Below are positions 1 through 14,072 of a stretch of 64,000 nucleotides of DNA, piece after piece (position 1 is the stretch's first letter; every line of letters begins with the position of its first letter). A program made the position numbers and the translations under genes. The notes beneath the pieces were generated by a model. The model was not told the origin of the DNA, did no database searches, and saw only the letters and a list, made by a program, of their open reading frames with translations. The stretch lies in contig NC_042998.1 of assembly GCF_006345805.1 (NCBI RefSeq), positions 150,598,001 to 150,662,000 of the forward strand, given 5' to 3'. The DNA comes from Octopus sinensis. Taxonomy: Eukaryota.

Positions 1-1299
1 GCCTTCTTGCTTAGCCTTTCTTGTATTCTTTCTTTTTCTTTTTTATTTGTATGTTTTAAGTCGCGCGGGAGTGGTAGAACAATAGATATGACAGAGACAA
101 CAACAAGCAACGCCGACAACCATGACAGTAACACCAACAGATCTAAAGTTAGAAACGAATAATAAAGAATGTAAGGAGTGTTAGGGAAAGTAGATTAAAG
201 GAAGTATCAGTTGTGGGATGAGGTTGGTACATGTAGAGATCAAGATTAATTAAATTAATTAATCTTTATTAATTAAAGACAACCAAATTGTTTTTTTTAT
301 TTATTTCAGGTGATATACCTACCACATCTCCTCTCGTGCTTAATCTCCTCTATTGTGTTTAATCCCTAGGGTCTCTTCTGGAACAGAATATCCTAAAATA
401 ATCCGCCCGAAGTACAAATTTGTGGGTTTCTCACCTCCAGTTTTGACTTTACTCCAAATGTTCATAGTAAAGATCGATAATATCGATCTTGTTAACCTGA
501 TAGACACAGCATATGTCATTCATGGTCAGCATATTGACTCGGAAGATTGATTGTTGACTCCCTGGAGACTATTTCCCTTCTTCGTTTGGAGTCGGTTTCA
601 ATTTCCGCTAGGTGTTATTTTTCCATCTCTCAATGATAAGCAAGTTTCAAAAAATCTCACAAGTTGTCTTGTATGATATTTCTTTTACCTTTCTTCGCTT
701 TTTTTTTCTTATCCAAATACATGCCACTGGTCACCCTGCGTTATTTCTCTTAGCTCAAATCTTAATTATGCACATTACCTTAGGCCATAAATGTTTTTTT
801 TCTTCTTCTTCGTTATGTCTGAGTCTTATGTCACACTACGGGTCAAGCTATAACAAAGCTGTGCTGAAGACATTCATTGTGGAAGAAACACCTATTCAGA
901 AGTATCGTCTCGTATCTCGACATAAAAAAGATTCTTTTCTTTAGTGATTTGTTAATCTATAAGATTGGTTGCTGATTTCTTGAGGCTATCTCTCCTTTCT
1001 CATTCCAATTCGGTTGCAATTACCGCTAAGTGTTTGTTTAACTTCCCTAGAAGGGAAGATAATTTCAATAAACCAAGAAATCATCTTGGATTTAGAATTC
1101 CTTTTTTTGTATATCTGTCTATCTCTCCCCCTCTCTCTCTCTCTCTCTCTCTCGCTGATACTATCACAAACATATATATATGTACACACATATATAGATT
1201 CAAACATACATACATACATACATACATACAGATATATTTATTAATGTTCGTTTTTATCTTATAACAGAAACAATTTTTCATTAAATTGAAGGATTTGGT

Positions 1300-1870
1300 A
1301 GAGTATAAATTTATTATTCTTTAACAATAGTAGTATTGACTGTGACTTCGAAGTTTCGGCCATCAGTGCCATCATCGGACTGTAATGCATTTAAGCTCAT
1401 CATGGCTTTATATAGTCCTTGTTAAGTTAAAATTTTCTAGGGTAAACTGTGTCTCGTTGAATGATAATTAGGTTGTATGGGCGGTTGTGGCAGCAAGATG
1501 TTATGAAGAATCTTTATTAAATTTTGGAAAATGCTAATTGTTAGAATTTATTCATGCATTAGTTGTGTATGCTTAGGTGTATCAACTTCAAGTCGTAGGT
1601 GTTCACAAAAGAATGCAGTTTGGTTGTTGTCAGTTTTATTTAGACATTGATAGGGCATTTACCTTTTGTTTTGAGAATGTGAAGGTTAAATCTTAGAGTT
1701 CGGTCCACTGTTTTCACCTATATATTTATATGTGTTACTTGGTATGTCAACTTTTAGGGATTGGTATTTAAGGCCAATAGTATTTATGATCTTTATACCA
1801 GTCTATATTGGGAGGGTGTCGGTTATCATTTAAGCGTGTTACAGCGTTGTAAACTTTGTTAATCAAATGT
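1300..1870 (-). mobile_element. Degenerate Penelope-like element 3' end (GIY-YIG remnant plus pLTR with HHR)
   Basis: Minus strand near 1700-1730 reads Y-K-Y-I-G-E-N-S (YIG motif remnant). It is followed by a TATA-like ACTATATAAAG (~1406-1416), an HHR-like motif (1339-1383) and AATAAA. Confidence 0.6.
1339..1383 (-). ncRNA. Type I hammerhead ribozyme motif, probably decayed (U4C)
   Basis: Minus strand: ACAGU CCGAUGA U GGC-acugaug-GCC GAAA CUUCGAAG UC/ ACAGU. Palindromic helix III, 4 of 5 bp in helix I, core CCGAUGA instead of CUGAUGA. Confidence 0.6.
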
Positions 1871-2199
1871 TTTAATGTTGACAAGAGTATATATATTTAT
1901 ATATATATATGTAGGGTAAGGAAGGGCTGGCCCATCCAATACGAGTATTGATTCCTCCTCTTGGACGAAAATTTGAACCATTAACGCCGGTGGCGAATGT
2001 GGCTAACGAGGCCGATCTCCGCGTAGAACACGCGATTGCTTGGGCCACATGTGAATGTCGGAGTGGATCGTGGTTACTGCTGTCTGACCTTCCGTCAATG
2101 TTGTTTTTCCACTTCTTTTCTTAGTCTTTTTTTTTTCAAACAATATTACATTATTGTTTATGTTTTGTATTAAGCCGGGACGGTTGGTTACGTCTCAAA

Positions 2200-3010
2200 A
2201 GACAGAAAGTCGAAGCCAGTCTGCATCAGAGCTGACTTTAGCTGACCTTTGTAGCATGGACGAGGCATCTCTTTGTCATTTCTTGGTTGCCAGTTCCCTG
2301 AAGAGGAATTGAGGTGGAAGTTGTTCATCGTTCATCCTGGCGACATGGCCGGCCCATCGAAGACGATGTTTGAGGATTAGTTTCTCAGTGCTCTGGCTAT
2401 TCTATAACTCTTTCCAGTTATCGGGGACATAGTCAAACCACATGATATTCAAGAGTCGACGAATTTTTTTTTCTTTTTCTGATGTCGCGACGATACAAAG
2501 TCCAAGTTTCTCAAACATATAAAAGCGTTGATAGACCATACTGCCTGGTAGACCATAATCATCGTCTTCAAAGTTAGGTCGTTGTTTTTGAATACACGCT
2601 TTGTTAGTTTACCGAAAGCTGAGTAAGCCGATTCGATTCTTCATTCCACATCTTGCACAGAATTGTATTCAGTTGAGATCATACTTCCATGGTATGCAAA
2701 ATGACTAACTTGCTCCAGCGATGTGCCCGAAATAACGATACTAAAGTCCGGAAGGACAGGATTCGGGGCTGGCTGGGCGAGGACTTAGCGAAGCTAAAAC
2801 GTTGATATACCCTGGTGAAATGATTGACAGCTAGCTGCAGCTTTAACCGTGAGTAACGGAATGCCACGTTGATTTCGGCGAACTGAAGATCTGAGATTCG
2901 CTGGGTACTGGTGAGATTCTTTGACCGAAACTTCGCCATGTTGAAGAAACCGTCATCAAACCGATATCTGATATTCACTTCGTGGACGATCCGGAGGAAG
3001 CTCATGGATC
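2200..3010 (-). mobile_element. RTE (BovB-like) LINE, degenerate RT C-terminal fragment
   Basis: ORF 2679-3005 contains IRYRFDDGFFNMAKFRSK...ISDLQFA, the RTE-type segment before the ADD motif. Downstream minus-strand remnants read AFGKLTKRVF and ETWTLYRR, with many stops and frameshifts. Confidence 0.75.
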
Positions 3011-3599
3011 ATTGCAGCGGGATGTATGAGAGAAAAACAAAGGAGCAAGAACTCAACCTTCTTTCAGTCCACTGGGTTATCACATGTGGATTGAAACAAA
3101 ATTGTTTTCCCTTATACGTATATGTGTGCGCACATGTGTGTGTGCGTGTGTTTTCGTGTCTATGTGCGTGTGTGTGTGTGTGTACATATATATATATATA
3201 TAAACATATACACACATATGTATATTTATGAATGTGTACATAAGTGTGTGTCTCTGTGTGCGTATGTGTGTGCGCGCATGAGTGTGTATGCGTGTTTGTG
3301 TTTGTGCGTACGTGCTTGCGTGCATATGTATGTATTTCTATATCCATATATACGTATACACACGCGTGCACACATATACCACACTATTGTAGAAAATCCG
3401 TTCATTGGTTGAAAATTTGGCAAAGTTAATCGAGATATTCTTAATCAATCGATGGCATACCTGGGGTAGCATGATGGCCCATGAACGTAATAGATCTCAC
3501 GTTAAGTTTATGGTACAATTAATATAATTCTAAATCAAGATCTAGTGTTACATATGAAAAGTTAACTATTTTGCTGCATTTGTGAAATATAAAGAGACT

Positions 3600-4075
3600 G
3601 AAAGTTCCGGACAAGAAAATGGAGGCGTTTTCTTACTGATACAGCCGATATCTGATTTCGAGGACCAAATGAGATTAATTGAGGGGTTAAAAAGGAAATC
3701 CCATTTACGACCCTTAAGAAAGAACTAAGGGATTTGGAGTTCTACAGGCTCAATTCTGTCACCAACTTAGAGCCTGCTTATTAAAGAATGTGCGTTGTCA
3801 TTGAGTATCCGGCTTCGCCTTCATAGAGTTTTTGGTTAGTTCATAACAAAAACAGGAATAGTTTAAACTTTTTAGATATTACATAGGATATGAATTTTGG
3901 ATCGTTTTATCCGTGCCACAAACCCAACGAGAAACTCCGTTACATACAAAGACTATCAGGCCACCCCAGGTATGTTGTTGATGGATTAGTTAAGAATACC
4001 GCAGAGTTTCCAGACTTGCCGCCAATGAACAGATTTTTTTGCGATAATGGGGAATATGATAATGAGGCTCATACG
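3600..4075 (+). mobile_element. Penelope-like element RT thumb fragment
   Basis: NFLDIT*DMNFGSFYPCHKPNEKLRYIQRLSGHP matches the PLE FLDV...YRKPN...YIH..SNHP motif. Confidence 0.65.
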
Positions 4076-4789
4076 AGGATGTATATATGTATACATTCAC
4101 ATACATTCCATGTAGGTATATATATTTAAGTGTATGTGTGTGCTTGCGCGTGATAATAATGTATCTGTCTAGATTTGTATGTCTATGTTGGTATGTTTGT
4201 ATGTAGACGTATAAGAATGTCTATATATGGAGTGTGAATAAGTGCATGTATATGTATGTGTGAATATGTGCGTGCTTGTGCTCGTGTGTGAATACATGAA
4301 AGTGTAATATATATCTATGTATACTTGATGTATACATATTTACATCCACAAACACATATAATGCGTTTGTATATTTGTGGGTGGATGTGCATATATATGG
4401 GTATTTACGTATGAGAATATACATTACGTATATATAAATATCTAATGCATACACGCATATTTGCTTATACTCGTACACATATAGATATACACTGTCTGCC
4501 CATGTATGCGCATGTGTATATCTAGATGAATATGTATGCATATAAATATGAAAAGGAGCAGTACACACACATATGTGTGTGTATATATGTATTTACACAC
4601 ATACGATCAAATGCATGTATATAATATAAGAATATGTGTGTATGCTGTGCCTGTGGGGGGAGGTATATGTTTGTGTGTGCTTATGTTGAATGTACCTTAT
4701 ATGTGTCTATATTTAAATATATATGTATATATATACGTTCGTACACATATAAATACATACTCTGCGTATGTTTACGTTCATGTATGTAT

Positions 4790-5289
4790 GCATGTGTGTA
4801 TATATATATATGTGTGTGTATGAATGTATACACACATATATATATATATCCGTGCGCATATGAGTGTACTTGTGTGTGTGTATGTGTGTGTGTGCGTGTG
4901 TGTGTGTGTATGTGTGTGTGTATGTATGTGTGTGTGGTGTGTGTGTGGTGTGTGTTGTGTGTGTGTGTGTGTGCGTGTGTGTGTGTGTGTATTGATTGAT
5001 TGCTAGCTGTGATAAAGCCAGTCACATCTGGAAGTGAGCCACCATTTAGATTTTATCACGGAATACTCTTGGTATCGCTTTATATAAAATATGAAACGAT
5101 TTATCACGGTGCCATCTCTCTCTTACTCCCTCTTTCTCTCTCTCTCTCTCTCTTTCTCACTCTCTCTCTCTTCTCACTCTCTCTCTCTTCTCACTCTCTC
5201 TCCCTATCTCTCTTTCTATATATATGTATATGTATATGTATGAATGTATGTATGAATATACGCATATGTAAGTATATATATACGCATGT

Positions 5290-5338
<49 letters not shown>

Positions 5339-5385
5339 TACACATATACATACATACATACATACAAACATACATACATACATAC

Positions 5386-5416
<31 letters not shown>

Positions 5417-5718
5417 GCACTTATACATATACATGCAGACATGCATACGTGTGTGTTAGACAGAAGAGGAAAGAGACGAGAAACAGACTGTGTATCGGTG
5501 TTTGTGCGCAGGTCTCTTTACGCACAGATATATATATAAATACATATGTATGTATATTTATATATATATATATATAATATATATATATGTATATGTATAT
5601 ATATATGTGTGTGTATGAATGTATACACACATATATATATATATCCGTGCGCATATGAGTGTACTTGTGTGTGTGTATGTGTGTGTGTGCGTGTGTGTGT
5701 GTGGTATGTGTGTGTGTA

Positions 5719-5786
<68 letters not shown>

Positions 5787-6061
5787 ATTGATTGCTAGCT
5801 GTGATAAAGCCAGTCACATCTGGAAGTGAGCCACCATTTAGATTTTATCACGGAATACTCTTGGTATCGCTTTATATAAAATATGAAACGATTTATCACG
5901 GTGCCATCTCTCTCTTACTCCCTCTTTCTCTCTCTCTCTCTTTCTCACTCTCTCTCTCTTTCTCACTCTCTCTCCCTATCTCTCTTTCTATATATATGTA
6001 TATGTATATGTATGAATGTATGTATGAATATACGCATATGTAAGTATATATATACGCATGT

Positions 6062-6132
<71 letters not shown>

Positions 6133-6155
6133 TACATACATACATACAAACATAC

Positions 6156-6187
<32 letters not shown>

Positions 6188-6330
6188 GCACTTATACATA
6201 TACATGCAGACATGCATACGTGTGTGTTAGACAGAAGAGGAAAGACGAGGAGAAACAGACTGTGTATCGGTGTTTGTGCGCAGGTCTCTTTACGCACAGA
6301 TATATATATATAAATACATATGTATTGTAT
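4790..6330. repeat. Tandem duplication, ~792-bp unit, microsatellite-bounded
   Basis: The unique block GATTGCTAGCTGTGATAAAGCCAGTCACATCTGG... occurs at ~5000 and ~5792, and the block CAGAAGAGGAAAGACGAG... at ~5460 and ~6232. Confidence 0.9.
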
Positions 6331-6747
6331 ATTTATATTATATATATATATATAATATTATGTATATGTATATATATGTAAATGTATATATGCATACATA
6401 TATTATATATAATATATATATAATATATATATAAATATACACATATACATACATATATATGTGTATATATATGCATATATATATATATACACATACGTAC
6501 ATATATATGTGTGTGTGTGTATGTACGGTATATACGTATGTATATATATACATATACAAACATATATGTATAATATATACCCACCATTACACACATGCAA
6601 AAAAAATGGATTATTTTTACTGGCATAAGAATTTTGCTACATTTATGTGTTTTTACGTGTATGTATGCGTTCATGTGAACCCACATGAATATCTATCTAT
6701 CCACCTATCTAGCTGTCCCTCTCCCCATTCTCCCTTTATATATATAT

Positions 6748-6819
<72 letters not shown>

Positions 6820-6848
6820 TGTATGTATGTATGTATGTATATATATAT

Positions 6849-6926
<78 letters not shown>

Positions 6927-7156
6927 TTGTGTGTATTCGAACGACACTCACAAACACGCACACACACACATATTATTCACTCACAACAACTATCACTAAT
7001 TCTATCTTTTTACACGCCTATGACTCCAACTTCCTCCATTTCTCTTCTATTCTGCTTTTCTACTATTTGTTCTCATTATATATGAAAGTGTGTGTGAGGG
7101 ACGGAGACAGGCAGACAAAGAGAAAGAGGGAGAGAGAACGTGTGAATGTATGTAAC

Positions 7157-7188
<32 letters not shown>

Positions 7189-7307
7189 ATATATATATAT
7201 GAAGGTATGTATATTCGCATGATTATATGTATCTATAATTCTATGTATATATGTAAATAAATGTGTGTATATATGTTTCAGTTACGAAAGGAGAGAAAAT
7301 ATTCCAA

Positions 7308-7348
<41 letters not shown>

Positions 7349-7349
7349 C

Positions 7350-9897
7350 ATATGAGGAGGAGGGGGAAGAGGAGACGATGGGGGAGAAGGAAGGTGAGGA
7401 GGGGGATGAAGGAGGAAAGAGGGAGGGGGGAGAGAGAGAAGGGAGAGAGGGAGTGAGGGAGCAGAGGGAAGGGGAAGAGGGAGGGAGAAAGAGGAAGAAG
7501 GGAAGGGGAGTAGGGGTGAAAGGATGAAGGACTGAAGAATAGGGGTCGGGGGGAGAAAGGATAGGTGAGGAGGGGGGTTAGATGAGGAGGGGGGAGAGTT
7601 GAGACCAAATGGCGCGTATAAGAGCGAAGAGAGAAGATTAATTCCTGTTCACGGCGCAAACGGGAATCCGGATGGCCTCTGTGTAAGGACAAACCGAACA
7701 CAGATAGGTGTTGCAAGGAGTGACCGGTGGAGCGGAAATGGCGTGAGACCGGTGTGTCGTTCGCAAGGTGGATGTCACGAAGGTGTTCCGCGAACCGGTC
7801 AGCCAAGCGGCGTCCCGTTTGTCCGATGTACAAGGAATTGCAGAGAGAGCAAGAGATGCAATAGATAATATTGCTGGAGGTGCAGGTGAAGGAGTGGATG
7901 ATGGGATAGGGTCGATGGTGGGTGCTAGTGAGGCGGGTGGTGTTGGAGAGGTAAGGGCAAGTGCGGCAACGTGGGCGGGAGCAGGGGAACGAGCCGGGTT
8001 GGGAGGTAGGGTCAGGGAAGGAGCTATGGACCAAAACGTCTCGAAGGTTGTGGGCTCGTTTGAAAGAGGGAGGGGTCGGTTAGGTTAGTAAGTGAAGTGA
8101 GAGTGGACGGGTCGGACTGGAGATGACGGAAAGCTCGAAGAATGGTGCGTTGGAGACGTAGGGTCGTGGGGTGGTAAGTGAGGGGAAAAGGGAGGCGGGA
8201 GACTACAGGGCGGGTTGGGGAGAGAGAGCAGATACACGGTCCACGGACCGTGCTCTGGCAAGGGCGGTGTGGATAGTGGTGAGGGGTATCCACGTAGGGT
8301 GAAGTGGTGAGCCATACGTTGAGGACTGAGTCTCAAAGTCATGGTCGTCACTACAGAGCCTACGTAGACGGAGGAATGGGAATAGGGGATGGAAAGCTTG
8401 GTGTGTTCTGGGTGGGAGGAAGAGAAGTTGAGGTATGAGTGTGAGTCTGTGTGTTTGTAGTGAATGGAGGTGGTAAGAGTGGAGTGAAGAATGCTAACCG
8501 AAATGTCGAGGAAGGAGACAGAGGTGTTGGAGATAGTGGAAGTGAAGTGGAGGGCTGGATGGAAAGATTGGACGAAAGAGAGGAAGGAATCTAGATGTTC
8601 GCGGGAGAGTGAGGTGGCACCGATAATGTCGTCAATATAACGACCATATAGTTCAGGGTGGGACCAGTGAAATTAGAGAATATTTGGGCCTCAACATAGC
8701 CAACGAACAGGTTCGCATAGTTGGGGCCCATTCGCGTTCCCATGGCCACTCCCGAGACCTGATGGTAGAACTCGCCCGCGAACGAGAAGCAGTTCAGAGT
8801 AAGGACGAGTTCGGCCAGACGAATGAGTGTGGAGGTGTCAGGTACAGGGTTAGAGCGGAGGTCAAGAAAGTGTCGAAGGGCCTGCAGTCCTTCGTGGTGA
8901 GGGATAACAGTTATAGAGGCTTTGGATGTCCATAGTAAAAAGGATTTTGGAGGAGCCGGGAGGAAAGGAGAAAGAGTTGAAAAGCCGGAGAGCATGGTTG
9001 GTATCGTGGATGTGGGAGGGAGAGAGATGCCACTAGGGGGGCAAGGACACGGTCGAGGTATTTAGAGATGAGCTCCGTGGGGCAGTTACAGGCAGAGACG
9101 ATGGGGCGGCCAGGGTTGTTGGGTTTGTGGATTTTGGGGAGGAAGTAAATGGTGGGGGTGGGGGGTACGTGGGGTTCGCACAATTAGGTTGGATGCGGTG
9201 CGGGGGAGACGGGAGGACGAGATGAGGTCTTGGACAGTAGAGGATACCGTCTGTTGGTAGCTACGTGTGGGGTTAGAGGGCAGAGGGGAATAGAAGGAGG
9301 TTGTCATTGAGTTGGCGGAAAGCCTCGGCCCTATAGAGGTCCGCGCGCCACACCACTACAGCTCCACCCTTGTCAGCCGGTTTGATGATAATGTCAGCGC
9401 GCCGTTGGAGGGAACGAAGAGCCAAGAGCTCAGCCGGGGAGATGTTGAGGCGGCGTTGGCGCCTGGAGAAGTTGAACCGCTCCAATGCACGCTGACAAGC
9501 GCCCGCGAAAAGATCCACTGCTAGGATCTGGCCAGGGGCAGGCGTCCACGGGGATGGTCGGCGGCCCAGGCCAGTGAAGCAGTCGTCCTCTTCGTGGGGG
9601 TGGGTGGCGAGTCGTGGTAATGCGCACCCAACCGGACACGGCGCACAAAGCTGTGGACATCAACTCGCGTCTGGAATTCCTTACAGGATGGAGTGGGGGG
9701 ATGAAACGCAGACCCCTACCAAGGACGGAGCGTTCAGCCGCAGAGAGGGGAAGATCGGGGGGAATGGTAACAACAGACGGAAGTGGAGAAGGGGTGGGTG
9801 GAAATAGAAGTAGGAGGGGTGGTAGGTCTCGTGGAGGTCTGAGGGGGAGGGATTGGGGGGGGGGGTGGGGGGTTGTTGGGCGGGGCAGTAGGGTTAG
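7350..9897 (-). mobile_element. Neptune-type Penelope-like retroelement (RT + GIY-YIG endonuclease), frameshifted, near full-length ORF
   Basis: Motifs [52 protein letters not shown] (8628-8639), Cys linker CSRPRCRTC and NIIYCISCSLCNSLYIGQTGRRLADRFAEH. Flanked by (TA)n on both sides. Confidence 0.95.
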
Positions 9898-10564
9898 ATA
9901 TATATATATATGGTCTGAATCTTAATTATCGTGGTTATTAGATCAGTAGCCTGCTTATTTGGGTAACGGTGTACACTGTAGGAATACAAATAAATATGTC
10001 TATTTCATCACCCATTCACAAGATAAAATGAAATAATCTCATTTTGATTTTTGCCTTTCGGTAGTTCGAGATTTCCTGATGAAATGGCAGGCAATTCTAG
10101 CGTATATGATAATAATGATGTAATATTGTAGGCTACTATGCTGCTGAGACATTTGTAGCATGTATTGAACAGTCATTGTATATTTATTTTAATTTGTTGC
10201 GTATGTGTGTGTAACTGTGTCTATGCGTATACAAAGAGCCGCAAGCAGAGAAAGAGATTGAAATGAAGAGAGAGAAAAAGAAAAGTAAATACAGGTAGAG
10301 TCTAAATTTATTGAAATCATTTTTGCTTCTCGTGGATATGTCCCAGTTAATGAGTGGCAAGTGAGTCTCGCTTTTTCTCAGAGAGCTGTCATGTTGTACT
10401 TACAACCTAGAAGTTTGCATGAACAAGATCATCTTCGTATTGTGTTATCAGATCACGAAACTTAGAGTAGCTCACATATAAATCCCATGTGTGCAAATGA
10501 CAAGTATCTCTCGTTGAATAGAGTACCTCTTGGTTGATCCCACCGATAATGGAAGGTTACTCTG

Positions 10565-10604
<40 letters not shown>

Positions 10605-10645
10605 CTATCTATCTATCTAATATAGATATATATATATATATATAT

Positions 10646-10685
<40 letters not shown>

Positions 10686-10689
10686 TATA

Positions 10690-11035
10690 CTAGCAGTATC
10701 GCCCGGCGTTGCTCAGGTTTGTAAGGGAAATAACTATAAAGCATTTTTAGAGAGTTATAGCCAAAAAATAGCAAAAAAATGGAAAAAAATGATTGTAAAA
10801 GTTTTTTTGAGAGTAAAAAATGGTGGAGTTGCGTCCCTTAGACAGTTTGCGGTTTGTGTTTCTGATTCTCGACCCCATGTCGAATTTATCGATTTTTTTC
10901 AGAACTGGGGGAACTTTTCAAAATTTTCGCTGCGTTAGTTTTGAATTATGACATTGGGCTATGTGTGTGTCAAGTTTCAGGGTGAGGGTACAAGCAAACA
11001 GACACACAGAAACACGCACAGACAAACTGCCGTTT

Positions 11036-11040
<5 letters not shown>
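10690..11040 (-). mobile_element. Non-autonomous Helitron-like element
   Basis: Plus strand begins ACTAG (minus-strand 3' CTAG-t) followed by the subterminal hairpin CCCGG-cgttg-CTCAGG. Contains GTCAAGTTTCA, also seen in the 29461-30425 element. Inserted in (TA)n. Confidence 0.6.
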
Positions 11041-11119
<79 letters not shown>

Positions 11120-11335
11120 ATATATATAATATATATATATATACATATATATATATAATATATCTATCTATCTACCTACCTATATAAATATATATGTATG
11201 TCCATCTGTCTCACTCTCTCCCCTTTTCTCTCTATATATGTATACATACATATAAATACATACATGCATACGTACGTATACACACACATGCATGCATATT
11301 CATATACATACATATGTATATACATATATATATAC

Positions 11336-11413
<78 letters not shown>

Positions 11414-11421
11414 CGAGATAG

Positions 11422-11468
<47 letters not shown>

Positions 11469-11479
11469 GATAGATAGAT

Positions 11480-11514
<35 letters not shown>

Positions 11515-12619
11515 GTTCGGAGAGTTTATACCGAACTTTAATATAATGATCGTTACTCAAAGAACTCCAAACCCCATTAAATGAAAACTTCCTAGATAAA
11601 AGACAATGTTTTGCTTATCAGCGTCACCAGTGCAGCAACAAGACCATCACTTCGTATGTTACCGCTACTACAACAGCAACTGCTCCTATGAACGAGCACG
11701 CTGCCTGGTATCTCCATCAAGTACCATCCCCTCCAGCTTCTCTTATTATCTTCACTGTGTCTGATCCTCGTAAAACCATCAGTGTGTGAGGTTAAAACCT
11801 ACAGTGCATGGATTTTTCTAAGACAAAGTACTTTCGCCAGATGTGAACCACATGCCTCAGTACTTGGGCCAAAACACTGATTCTCTGCACCTGATATGAT
11901 GCCGCAGAAACATGATTTTTATTTTTCCGCAACAGTAACCATAGCAACGCCGTTCTACCATGCTTGGTTCTGTCATGCAGTACGTTTAGTCTGATATCTT
12001 AGCTTATTGCGGTAGAGGATGTAAAACTATTTGAAGTTACATATTGTTGTTGTTGTTAGGAATAATGACTATGGTATGGAACGGCTGTGTGAGGGTGGGG
12101 CTTGTCAAAAACTTCGAGTAGGGTCAGGGGAGTAAAGATCTATCATTTATTTATTTATTGTGTAGTTGAGTCTGTTATATGGCAGGATGAGTAAAACGGC
12201 AGGCAAAAGTAATTTCGCAGCTTTACATTCTGAGTTCGAATTTTGTTGATGCTTTCCCTATATAAAGCGACCTTCAAGTAATATATACATACATACATAC
12301 ATATATATATACATACATATACGAATTCGACTAAGTGAAATCATGTAAGATAGCAATAAATCCTCCCCAAAAATTATATCAAATATATATGGCGGTGAAT
12401 AAGCAGTGTCGTTAGAATGTCATACATTCTCATACCTTGCGTTCTGAATTCGAATCCCACCGACGTTGACTTTGCCTATCCCCTCTAGAGCGGTGGATTA
12501 GAAAACACTCTTAGGCGACTGAGGTTTGTGAATATATAATTTTTAAGTGCAAATTCATAAGAAATGTTACCAAGAATTTTCTAGTTCACCGCCCTAATGA
12601 TTATAATGATGAACATAAA

Positions 12620-12678
<59 letters not shown>

Positions 12679-12804
12679 GCTGTGTCGCATCTGCAATAGA
12701 CTTGCTCAAAACCACCACAAGTTGTTGCGGCATGATTAGATAGCGAAAGTGCTACATTAGAAACTATGCGAAAAGTGGGAGGCAGAGAGAGGCAAGAGGT
12801 GGTA

Positions 12805-14072
12805 CGAGGGGCGTTCAATAAGTAATGCCCCTGACCCACTTCCCATGGCAGTAGAGCAACGAAACTTGGCACAGTTATTAGTCTTTTTTTTACATAGGAA
12901 CCACTCAGAGTAACGCATTTCTCCCATCGTTTGATGCATCTCTGGAGATGGTTTTTGTAGAAGACCCCAGTTTGGTCCTCCAACCACGACGTGACTTCAG
13001 AAATCAAGGCTGCATCATCTGGGAAACGATTTCCTTTCAAAAACAACTTCATGGCTGGGAAGAGGTGAAAATCAGAGGGTGCAAGGTCAGGAGAGTAGGG
13101 GGGATGGGGAGGAGTTCATAGCCGCATGCCTGTGCTTCTGATCTGGCGACACGCGAATTGTGGACCGGAGCGTTGTCTTGCAGGAGGAGGATGCTTTGCT
13201 AATCTTGCCCCGCCTCTTGATTTTGATCGCTTCTCTTAATTTCTTCAAAAGTGAAGCATAATAGGCTCCTGTAATCCAGGAAATCTGTCATCACTACTCC
13301 GTCCTGGTCCCAGAAGACTGTGAGCATGACCTTGCCAGCGGAGGGCTGCACCCTTGCCTTCTTTGGAGGAGGTGAGTCACGGTGCTTCCACTGCATTGAC
13401 TGGGCTTTGGTCTCTGGATCATAGTGATGGACCCAGGTTTCATCCTGTGTAATCAGTCTTCTGAAAAATTTTGACTCATCTTCTTGGCACATCTCCAAAT
13501 TCATCCTCGAGCACTCGACGCGTTCTTGCTTCTGGAAAGGTGTGAGCAACCTGGGAATCCATCTGGCAGACACCTTTTGCATATGCAAATGGTCATGAAT
13601 GATAGTTTCCAAAGACCCGGTACTAATCTTGACCCCATGGGCTATTTGGCGGATAGTTATGCGTCGATTTTCCAAAATGGCAGCCTCAACTTGACGGACA
13701 GATGCTTCATCAATGGCAGAAGGGGGCGACCAGATCTGGGAGCTGTTTCCACAGAGTTCCGACCATGTTTGAATTCACGATGCCAGCGTTTTACAAGGTC
13801 ATATGATGGGGCATCATCACCATAAGTTACTTTCATTTCATCAAAAGTCTCCCGTGGTGTGCGTACTTTCAAATACAAAAACCGGATCACTGCTCGACAC
13901 TCAACTGGCTCCATTTCACACTTGACTCTGTTCAAACACCTGTAAATCAGAAACCACAGAGCTGTAATTTGCCACTTAATCTATAGAGATATAAATAATT
14001 GCACATGCAAAATTTCAGCTAGATCAAACAATTGCAAGTGGGTTAGGAGCATTACTTATTGAACGTCCCTCG
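12805..14072 (-). mobile_element. Full-length mariner (DD34D) DNA transposon, inactive
   Basis: 37-bp TIRs (12805-12841 and 14036-14072, 3 mismatches) and TA TSD (12803-12804, 14073-14074). Transposase motifs WIPRLL, ITQDETW, QDNAPVH and YSPDLAPSDFHLF are spread over several frames. Confidence 0.95.
12880..13914 (-). pseudogene. Mariner transposase, frameshifted
   Basis: ORF pieces 13657-13935, 13199-13675 and 12594-13052 join into a mariner transposase with HTH and DD34D domains. Confidence 0.9.

Noticed and set aside
290-950. TTTCAG acceptor at ~309 and ORFs 353-550 and 612-944
   Set aside because: No recognisable protein or matching donor. Possibly a decayed LINE, but I could not confirm motifs.
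1913-2095. GC-richer structured segment considered as an HDV-like or hammerhead ribozyme
   Set aside because: Hairpins exist (ATGTGGC/GCCACAT, CGCGT/ACGCG), but neither the nested double pseudoknot nor an HHR core could be built.
10073-10165. CTGATGA...GAGAC-ATTT-GTA hammerhead-like string
   Set aside because: GAAA is mutated to GAGA and helix I does not pair. It may be a very old relic but is not supportable.
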